Shown here piece after piece: positions 40,715-47,652 of a DNA stretch of 64,000 nt (within the stretch, counting starts at the first letter, position 1; every line of letters begins with the position of its first letter). A program made the position numbers and the translations under genes. A model generated the notes under the pieces. It was not told where the DNA came from and searched no databases. It saw nothing but the letters and a program-made list of their open reading frames with translations. The stretch lies in NCBI GenBank assembly GCA_965216715.1, contig OZ244193.1, forward strand, positions 1,119,977 to 1,183,976, in the 5' to 3' direction. The stretch is from an uncultured Pseudohongiella sp. GTDB lineage: Bacteria; Pseudomonadota; Gammaproteobacteria; Pseudomonadales; Pseudohongiellaceae.

Positions 40715-41929
40715 ATGTCCTCTCCCAAGAACGCAGCAAGCTCGCCCCTGGCCTTCTTCGACACCCTCGAAGCCATGCCCAATCCTTTCAAGCAGCCGGT
40801 GACCTCACTGGAGCATCTGGTCAGTGACGCCCCGGCCGATGCCATCAAGGACTACCAGTTTGCCAGCGAGTTTATCTACAGCTACCGCGGCAGCCCTGAC
40901 ACCTTCAGTACCTACCGCCGGGAAATCGAGCATTTCCTGCACTGGTGCTGGCTGATTGCCGACAAGTCCCTGGCAGCGGTGGAACGGGAGGATATTGAAA
41001 CCTATGTGGAATTCTCCCGTCAGCCTCCCCAGAGCTGGATTGGCGAACACAATGTGCCCCGCTTTATCGAGCGCGGCGGCAAGCGTCTGCCCAATAGCGA
41101 CTGGCGCCCCTATGTCAGCAAACGCGGTGAGTATGTGCTGTCCCAGTCCGCCATCCAATCCTTATTCAGCGTATTAAGTAGTTTCTTTAACTTTCTGATT
41201 CAGGAGAACTATTTATCCGCCAATCCGGTCTCGCAGATGCGTCAGAAAAGCAAATTTCTGCGCAAGCACCAGTCCCAGGGCAAGATTCGCCGGCTCTCAC
41301 CTTTGCAATGGGATACCGTAATCGAGACCGCCGAGGACATGGCCCGACAGGACCCGGCCAGGCATGAGCGCACCCTGTTTGTGATGAACGCCCTGTTCGC
41401 CATGTATCTGCGTATCTCGGAACTGGTGGAAACACCCCGCTGGCAACCGCAAATGGGTCATTTTCAGGTGGATCAGGAAGGCAACTGGTGGTTCGTCACC
41501 GTCGGCAAGGGCAACAAGGAACGGGAAATCTCGGTCAGCGACGCCATGCTGGAAGCCCTCAAGCGCTACCGGCGCTCCCGGGGCCTGCCATCCCTGCCCA
41601 GCCCCGGCGAGCCCAGCCCCCTGATTCACAAGACCCGCGGCAAAGGCGGCATCACCAGTACCCGCCAGATTCGCGGCATCGTGCAGAAATGCTTCGATCT
41701 GGCGGCGGAAAAAATGCGTAAGGAAGGCTTTGAAGAGGAAGCGCAGCGCCTGGGTGACGCCACGGTACATTGGCTCCGTCACACCGGCATCTCGGAAGAT
41801 GTTAAGCATCGGCCTCGGGAACACGTAAGAGATGATGCCGGTCATGGTTCCAGCGCCATTACCGATCGCTACATCGACGTCGAACGCGCCGAGCGTCATG
41901 CTTCCGCGCGCAACAAACTGATACGCTGA
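40715..41929 (+). CDS. Tyrosine-type site-specific recombinase/integrase (catalytic residues intact)
   Basis: 404 aa. It has an N-terminal SAM-like core-binding region (YRREIEHFLHWCW). The catalytic set is Arg in MYLRISE, the beta-hairpin Lys in GKGNKER, HWLRHT, and GHGSSAITDRY (His plus the Tyr nucleophile). No obvious Shine-Dalgarno sequence. Confidence 0.85.
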   Translation: MSSPKNAASSPLAFFDTLEAMPNPFKQPVTSLEHLVSDAPADAIKDYQFASEFIYSYRGSPDTFSTYRREIEHFLHWCWLIADKSLAAVEREDIETYVEFSRQPPQSWIGEHNVPRFIERGGKRLPNSDWRPYVSKRGEYVLSQSAIQSLFSVLSSFFNFLIQENYLSANPVSQMRQKSKFLRKHQSQGKIRRLSPLQWDTVIETAEDMARQDPARHERTLFVMNALFAMYLRISELVETPRWQPQMGHFQVDQEGNWWFVTVGKGNKEREISVSDAMLEALKRYRRSRGLPSLPSPGEPSPLIHKTRGKGGITSTRQIRGIVQKCFDLAAEKMRKEGFEEEAQRLGDATVHWLRHTGISEDVKHRPREHVRDDAGHGSSAITDRYIDVERAERHASARNKLIR

Positions 41930-42121
41930 TTTTCGTGGGCCTGAGGGCCGCCAATGCGGCAAGTCGTGGCTAAAATCACAGAAAATGACTTCTCAGCGTA
42001 TGGGAATTAGCTTAGTCTCTTTTGTTGTCATTGAAAGTAGCCTGGAACGCCCACAAATCCTGAGCTACAGAGCTTTGGCTCAGACTTTATAAAACACAAA
42101 TGACCGGAAAGTTGGAGAATC

Positions 42122-44356
42122 ATGCGAATCTGGAACAAGACGCCTGCATTGACTAAAGGCTTTCAAGCCATCGCCCTGCTCGGCTTCAGCGGCCTGGCCA
42201 ACCCCCTCCTTGCCCAGGACGACCCCACTCAGCTCAACACCGTCCTCAATATCGACAGCCTTTACACCCCGGTAGTCAGTGAGGAGATCCACGGCATTAC
42301 CGCCGCCGAGCTGATTGAGGAATTGCAGAACAAACACTACGCAGCAGTTGAGGTAAATGATAACTTTTCCTCGCAACTGTTTGACGCCTATATGGATTTG
42401 CTTGATGGACAGCATCTGTATTTTCTGCAGTCTGACATCGAACAACTGAGCCATCTGCGCTACACCCTCGATGACAGCCTCAAGGCTGGCGATGTTGAGC
42501 CAGGCTTTGAAATCTACAATCTCTACTACAAGCGCATCCTCGAGCGGCTTATCTATGCCATTAACCGGGTTGAGAACGATATCCCCAATATGGATTTCAG
42601 TGTCGATGAAACCATCGATATCGACCGGGAAGACGCCCCCTATGCCAGCAACCAGGAAGAACTGGATGAGATCTGGCGCAAGCGCATCAAGAACAGCGTA
42701 CTGAGCCTGCGTCTGGCCGGTGATGACAATGAAGAGATCAAGGAAAAACTCAGCAAGCGTTACCGCAACCAGCTGAGCCAGGTGCTCAAGACCAACAGCA
42801 AGGATATTTTCCAGTCCTATCTGTCCTCGGTCGCCAAGGCAGTGGATCCCCACACGGATTACTACTCGCCCCGGGATTCCGAAAATTTCAACATGCAGCT
42901 GTCCCTGTCACTCCAGGGTATCGGTGCCCAGCTTACTACCGAAGACGAATACACCAAGGTAGTTGAGCTCATCAAGGGCGGCCCGGCCGAGCGCGGCAGC
43001 GAGCTGCGTGCCGGTGACCGCATTATTGGCATCGGCCAGGGTGTGGATGGCGAGATTCAGGATGTGGTCGGCATGCGCCTGGATGACGTGGTGGACCAGA
43101 TCCGCGGTGAGAAAGGCACTGTGGTGCGTCTCAATGTCATTCCTGCTGACGCCGTCAGCGAGTCGGCAGCCACGGTAGTGTCCATTACCCGCGATACCGT
43201 CAAGCTGGAAGACCAGTCTGCCAAGAGCGAAGTACTGGAGCTCAGCTACAATGGCCAGGACTACAAGATCGGCGTCATCAATCTGCCCACTTTCTATTTT
43301 GATTTCGAAGCGGCTTCCCGCGGCGACGAAGACTACAAGAGCTCCACCCGAGACGTTCGTGCCCTGCTGGAAGAACTGAAGGCTGAACAGGTGGATGCGG
43401 TGGTCATGGACCTGAGAAACAACGGCGGTGGCAGCCTCTCGGAAGCCAATCAGCTGGTGGGCCTGTTTATTGAAACCGGCGCCACAGTGCAGATTCGTTA
43501 TTCCGGCATTCGCAACGGCTTCACCCGTTCCTTCGGCGACAATGACCCGGAGGTGGCCTACTCCGGCCCCCTGGCGGTGCTGGTTAATCGTACCAGTGCC
43601 TCGGCCTCGGAGATTTTCGCCGGCGCCATTCAGGACTATCAGCGCGGCATCGTGCTGGGCGGTCAGACCTTTGGCAAGGGCACGGTGCAGGAAATCATTC
43701 CCATGGACTATGGCCAGGTGAAAGTAACCCGCTCCAAGTTCTATCGTATTTCCGGCGCCAGTACCCAGCACCGTGGCGTGATTCCGGATATCACTTTCCC
43801 GGATATCTATGACGCCTACGAAGACATCGGCGAAAGCAGCCTGGATGGTGCCTTGCCCTGGGATACCGTGCGCCCGGTTGAATACCGCCCCTATCACTCC
43901 ATTCAGGCTCTGCTGCCTGAGCTGCGGGAGCGATTCGAGGCCCGCGCCGCGCACTCGCCGGACTTCATCTATATGGAAGACCAGATCGAGCGCACCCGAC
44001 GTGGCCTGGAACGGGAGCGCATTTCCCTCAATGAAGAACAGGTGAAAGCCCGCCGTGAACGTGAACGCCGGGAAGAATTCGACGCTGAAAACATGCGTCG
44101 CTTCCTCAAGGGTCTGCCACTGCGCGAATGGATCGCCGCAGACGACCTGGACAATGAGGATGAAGAAGCCCCTGTAACCCCTGCCAATGACGACAGCTCC
44201 CTGGCAGCGGACGACAGCACAGCGGACAACAGCGAAGAGGAAGAAGAAGCTGATCCCATGCTGCTGGAAAGCGGTCGCATTTTGGCCGACTTCATGAGCC
44301 TGAACGAGCCCCGCCTGTCACGCCTGGACAACCTGCCTGAACAGCGACGTCAGTAG
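42122..44356 (+). CDS. prc: Tail-specific (C-terminal processing) protease, S41 family
   Basis: 744 aa. It has a signal peptide, a PDZ domain (GDRIIGIGQG), an S41 core (NNGGGSL, SASASEIFAGA, GKGTVQ), and a long acidic C-terminal extension. Confidence 0.9.
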   Translation: MRIWNKTPALTKGFQAIALLGFSGLANPLLAQDDPTQLNTVLNIDSLYTPVVSEEIHGITAAELIEELQNKHYAAVEVNDNFSSQLFDAYMDLLDGQHLYFLQSDIEQLSHLRYTLDDSLKAGDVEPGFEIYNLYYKRILERLIYAINRVENDIPNMDFSVDETIDIDREDAPYASNQEELDEIWRKRIKNSVLSLRLAGDDNEEIKEKLSKRYRNQLSQVLKTNSKDIFQSYLSSVAKAVDPHTDYYSPRDSENFNMQLSLSLQGIGAQLTTEDEYTKVVELIKGGPAERGSELRAGDRIIGIGQGVDGEIQDVVGMRLDDVVDQIRGEKGTVVRLNVIPADAVSESAATVVSITRDTVKLEDQSAKSEVLELSYNGQDYKIGVINLPTFYFDFEAASRGDEDYKSSTRDVRALLEELKAEQVDAVVMDLRNNGGGSLSEANQLVGLFIETGATVQIRYSGIRNGFTRSFGDNDPEVAYSGPLAVLVNRTSASASEIFAGAIQDYQRGIVLGGQTFGKGTVQEIIPMDYGQVKVTRSKFYRISGASTQHRGVIPDITFPDIYDAYEDIGESSLDGALPWDTVRPVEYRPYHSIQALLPELRERFEARAAHSPDFIYMEDQIERTRRGLERERISLNEEQVKARRERERREEFDAENMRRFLKGLPLREWIAADDLDNEDEEAPVTPANDDSSLAADDSTADNSEEEEEADPMLLESGRILADFMSLNEPRLSRLDNLPEQRRQ

Positions 44357-44378
44357 TCGCCTCCTGCGCTGACCCCGC

Positions 44379-44410
44379 AAAAAAAATGGCCCTCGGGGGA
44401 TGAGGGCCAT
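44379..44410 (-). terminator. Intrinsic terminator oriented for minus-strand transcripts coming from serT
   Basis: On the minus strand, ATGGCCCT-CATCCCCCG-AGGGCCAT is followed by an 8-U run (plus-strand A-run 44379-44386). On the plus strand the same hairpin follows prc but has no U-run. Confidence 0.65.
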
Positions 44411-44574
44411 CAAGCGGGGTCAAGCTCTAGGAGGGTCAATCAATTTGAAGTTGATTGAAACTCCATTTCATTACAGCAAAAGAATCTGACAAGCCTAGTG
44501 GGGAATTGGGGCTATGTGGGGGTTAATTGTGGCTGGATTGTGGCTTGGGGTGTGCTGGGGTTTGCATACTCAGC

Positions 44575-45110
44575 ATTTTTCTTTGGGATTGAGTCGTAGC
44601 CTCGGTAGTGCTCGGGGTTAGCAGCCTGCGGCTGCCGGGGGAGAGATTGATTCGCTATTTGGCTGAGCCAAATAGCTCACCCTTTCAGGGCGGCGCTATG
44701 CGCCGTCTGCGCCGCTTCGCGGCTTTGATTCGAAATTTGGCTGAGCCAAATTTCTCACTCCTTTGGGGCAGCCTTCGGCTGTCTGCGCTGCTGACGCAGC
44801 TTTCGAACTGGAGAGTTCTCACTACTCCCCCTCCGCCTTTTGGGCGTGCGGGGTGTTACTTACGGAGTACTTTTCTTTGGGCTTGAGTCGTAGCTTGGGT
44901 GGTGCTCGGGGTTAGCAGCCTTCGGCTGCTGGGGGAGAGATTGATTCGCTATTTGGCTGAGCCAAATAGCTCACCCCTTCGGGGCGGCGCTTTGCGCCGT
45001 CTGCGCCGCTGGCGCGGCTTTCGAACTGCGAGAGTTCTCTTACTCTCCCCCTCCGCCTTATGGGCGTGCAGGGTGTTGCTTACGGAGTACTTTTCTTGTT
45101 GTGTGGCAGG
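44575..45110. repeat. Tandem hairpin-rich repeat units carrying degenerate tRNA-Ser 3'-end fragments
   Basis: Units start at about 44575 and about 44868, with a truncated third at about 45088. Unit 1 carries an extra roughly 85-bp internal module. Details are in the findings. Confidence 0.75.
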
Positions 45111-45125
45111 GTATAGACAGGAGAA

Positions 45126-45215
45126 TGGCGGAGGGGGAGAGATTCGAACTCTCGGAAGACTTTCGCCTTCGCTGGTTTTCAAGACCAGTGCATTCAACCG
45201 CTCTGCCACCCCTCC
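45126..45215 (-). tRNA. serT: tRNA-Ser (anticodon UGA)
   Basis: 90 nt with encoded CCA. The acceptor is GGAGGGG/CCCCTCC, the anticodon loop CUUGAAA, there is a long variable arm, and the T-arm is GAGAGTTCGAATCTCTC. Confidence 0.93.
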
Positions 45216-45422
45216 GCGACAGGGGCAGAATCTTACACTAATCGGGGCCTTAGTCCAATGCGTCAAAGCGACAAATGATGGCTATTGGTTCGGCCGAAAT
45301 TGATTGATTTTGTGGGGCGCCCCGGTATCATAATTGCTTGATATTTGAAGTTTTGTTGGGTTTTTTGTGAGATTAGGAACATTGAAATTCCGGTCATTTG
45401 CCCCCAAATCTTTAAATGTGAG

Positions 45423-45450
45423 CCGGGGCGCGTCCCCGACCCTGTTTTTT
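45423..45450 (+). terminator. Terminator- or attenuator-like hairpin plus T-run just upstream of yccA
   Basis: CGGGG-CGCGT-CCCCG is followed by ACCCTGTTTTTT and ends 16 nt before the yccA ATG. Confidence 0.4.
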
Positions 45451-45466
45451 ACTGCTGGAGAAATCG

Positions 45467-46129
45467 ATGAACGAAGTCAATGTGAGTGTAGCCCACGGCC
45501 AACAATCGGCTGTGGAGGTCAACAAGGTACTGAAAAATACCTATCTGCTGTTAGCCTTGACGCTCGCTTTCAGTGCGTTTACTGCCATGCTGAGCTTCAA
45601 CGCCCGACCGGTGGGCCTGTTGCCCATGATCATCGGCTTTTATGGCCTGTTGTTCCTGACCCACAAACTGGCCAATAGCGCCTGGGGTCTGCTCAGTGTG
45701 TTCGCCTTCACCGGTTTTATCGGCTATACCCTGGGCCCGGTAATCTCTGCCATTCTGTCCTTCCCTGGCGGTAGTGAGATTGTGGCCAAGGCGCTGGGTG
45801 GTACTGCCTTTATCTTCTTTGGCCTGTCAGGTTATGCCCTGGTCTCGCGCAAGGATTTTTCCTTCCTGAGCGGCTTCCTGTTTGCCGGTTTTCTGGTATT
45901 GCTGGCTGCCATCGTTATCCAGATCTTCTGGCCTATGCCGGCACTGCAACTGGCGCTGTCAGTTGGCTTTATCCTGTTCTCCAGTGCCGCCATTCTGTTC
46001 CAGACCAGCGAAATTGTTCGCGGTGGCGAGCGCAACTACATCCTGGCGACAGTGACCCTGTTCGTCTCGCTGTATAATATATTTATCAGCCTGGTTCACT
46101 TGCTCATGGCTTTTGCCGGCGACGAGTAA
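45467..46129 (+). CDS. yccA: BAX inhibitor-1/YccA family membrane protein
   Basis: 220 aa with seven TM segments. The N-terminal NKVLKNTYLLLALTL and the C-terminal FISLVHLLMAF are typical of the family. Confidence 0.85.
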   Translation: MNEVNVSVAHGQQSAVEVNKVLKNTYLLLALTLAFSAFTAMLSFNARPVGLLPMIIGFYGLLFLTHKLANSAWGLLSVFAFTGFIGYTLGPVISAILSFPGGSEIVAKALGGTAFIFFGLSGYALVSRKDFSFLSGFLFAGFLVLLAAIVIQIFWPMPALQLALSVGFILFSSAAILFQTSEIVRGGERNYILATVTLFVSLYNIFISLVHLLMAFAGDE

Positions 46130-46148
46130 CAGGCAAGCCTGCCAACAA

Positions 46149-46176
46149 AGCCCCAGCGCAATCTGGGGCTTTTTTG
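46149..46176 (+). terminator. Intrinsic terminator after yccA
   Basis: AGCCCCAG-CGCAAT-CTGGGGCT is followed by TTTTTG. Confidence 0.75.
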
Positions 46177-46237
46177 TTTTCCGGGCAGACAAACTGTATC
46201 TTCAGCTTCAACAACCGTCATTCAGAAAGAGCCAGCT

Positions 46238-46627
46238 TTGCAATTCTCCATTGTGATCTACGCGGCGCCCTATTCAGCCCAGGCTGCTGAATCGGCTTAC
46301 CGCTTCACCTCCACCCTGCTCGATGAAGGCCATAGCGTCTACCGGCTTTTTTTCTTTTCCGATGGCGTGCACAACCTGGGCAAGCTGGCGGTATCCGGTC
46401 AGGATGAGATCAATCTGCCGCAGCGCTGGCAGGACCTGATTGAACGCCATGAACTGGACTCAGTGGCCTGTGTCAGCTCTGCCATCAAGCGCGGCATCAT
46501 CAATTCCCAGGAAGCACAGCGCTACGAACTGGATGCTGTCAGCATTCAGGATAATTCTGAAATCGCCGGACTTGGGCAGCTGATTGATGCCGTCATCCAG
46601 TCCGACCGCGTCGTCAGCTTCGGATAA
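46238..46627 (+). CDS. tusD: Sulfurtransferase complex subunit TusD (DsrE family)
   Basis: 129 aa with a TTG start. MQFSIVIYAAPY...FFFSDGVHN...ACVSSAIKRG is the DsrE/TusD pattern. Confidence 0.85.
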   Translation: MQFSIVIYAAPYSAQAAESAYRFTSTLLDEGHSVYRLFFFSDGVHNLGKLAVSGQDEINLPQRWQDLIERHELDSVACVSSAIKRGIINSQEAQRYELDAVSIQDNSEIAGLGQLIDAVIQSDRVVSFG

Positions 46628-46630
46628 ACC

Positions 46631-47008
46631 ATGGCCAGTAACAGTTCACAGAAAAAGAAATTCCTGTTTATCAGTCGGGCCGCCCCCTATGGCAATAACC
46701 GCGCCCAGCTCTGCCTGGATGCCGCCTTTGCCAGTGCTGTTTTTGAACAGGACGTCAGTTATCTGTTAATGGATGACGGCGTTTATCAATTGCTGAGCGA
46801 CCAGAATGCCGAGAACATCCACAGCAAATCTCTGGGTAATATGCTGGAAACCCTGGATCTCTATGGCATTGAAAAAGTCTATGTGCATCAGGATTCCCTG
46901 GCTCAGCGAAAATTATCCAACCAGGATCTGTTGCTGGAGGCAGAAAATATCGCCAGCAAGGACATCGCCACCCTGATCAGCCAAAGTGACTGCGTGATCA
47001 ACCTATGA
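46631..47008 (+). CDS. tusC: Sulfurtransferase complex subunit TusC (DsrF family)
   Basis: 125 aa of the DsrE/F fold, in the conserved order between tusD and tusB. Confidence 0.85.
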   Translation: MASNSSQKKKFLFISRAAPYGNNRAQLCLDAAFASAVFEQDVSYLLMDDGVYQLLSDQNAENIHSKSLGNMLETLDLYGIEKVYVHQDSLAQRKLSNQDLLLEAENIASKDIATLISQSDCVINL

Positions 47009-47295
47009 GCACTCTGCATACAATTTCCAAATCGCCGCAGTCCGGACTGCTAAGTAGCTGTCTGTCAGGCTTCAGCCAGGGCGACGGTCTGTTGTTTCTG
47101 GAAGACGGTGTCTACCATTGTCTGGACAAGGACTTGCTGGCCAGCTTGCCGAAGGGCAATCGCTTCTTTGCTCTCAAGGAAGATCTCCGTGCCCGCGGTC
47201 TGGACAACAAACTGCCCGCCAATATCGATGCCGTCAGCACCAAGAAATTCATTGCCCTGTGCTGCAGTTTCGATAAAGTGGTTAACTGGTTTTGA
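47005..47295 (+). CDS. tusB: Sulfurtransferase complex subunit TusB (DsrH family)
   Basis: 96 aa, with a 4-nt overlap with tusC. Size and position match DsrH. Confidence 0.8.
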   Translation: MSTLHTISKSPQSGLLSSCLSGFSQGDGLLFLEDGVYHCLDKDLLASLPKGNRFFALKEDLRARGLDNKLPANIDAVSTKKFIALCCSFDKVVNWF

Positions 47296-47322
47296 GGCGC
47301 TACCGGATCGGGAAAACGCAGC

Positions 47323-47652
47323 ATGCTTGAAGTGGGTGAGCTGAAACTGGAAACAGACAAGGAAGGCTATCTGAAAAATCTGGCCGACTGGGACGAAAAC
47401 GTCGCCGTGGAATTGGCCCGCGCCGAAAACATCAGCCTCAGCCCGGCACACTGGGAGATTATTCGCAGCCTGCGCATTTTCTACCAGCGACATCAGATCG
47501 CCCCGGCCAATCGCGCCCTGGTGAGCCTGGTGAAAAAGGAATTCGGGCCAGACAAGGGCCGCAGTGCCTATTTGATGCGCCTGTTCCATGGCAGCCCCGC
47601 CAAGACTGCAGCCAAGATTGCCGGCCTGCCCCGCCCTGACAACTGCCTCTAG
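47323..47652 (+). CDS. tusE: Sulfur relay protein TusE (DsrC family)
   Basis: 109 aa. GYLKNLADWDENVA and the C-terminal GLPRPDNCL, with the conserved penultimate Cys, are present. Confidence 0.85.
   Translation: MLEVGELKLETDKEGYLKNLADWDENVAVELARAENISLSPAHWEIIRSLRIFYQRHQIAPANRALVSLVKKEFGPDKGRSAYLMRLFHGSPAKTAAKIAGLPRPDNCL

Noticed and set aside
42080-43954. Two long minus-strand ORFs (42080..42853 and 42908..43954) opposite prc
   Set aside because: The plus-strand product carries a signal peptide, a PDZ domain and S41 peptidase motifs. The antisense translations have none. The same reasoning applies to the antisense ORFs over sucA, sucB, lpdA, sucC, htpG, holB, cysG, serS, lolA, ftsK, bpt and clpA listed in the track.
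44949-45266. Minus-strand 105-aa ORF with an Arg-rich tail (RKPRQRRRRRKAPPRRG), reminiscent of the protamine-like Tpr peptide of the E. coli tyrT repeats
   Set aside because: Its only start codon lies upstream of serT, so the ORF reads straight through the tRNA gene. There is no ATG on the minus strand inside the repeats. I treat the basic stretch as a by-product of GC-rich hairpins.
44608-45303. Plus-strand ORFs 44608..44886 and 44899..45303 inside the serT repeat units
   Set aside because: Both start at non-ATG codons, simply translate the repeated hairpin modules, and the second runs through the tRNA-Ser gene. The hairpin-preserving substitutions argue for structural constraint rather than coding constraint.
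45367-45678. 103-aa plus-strand ORF overlapping the yccA start
   Set aside because: It is out of frame with a seven-TM BI-1 family protein that fills the locus. It begins in the AT-rich leader and has no recognisable features.
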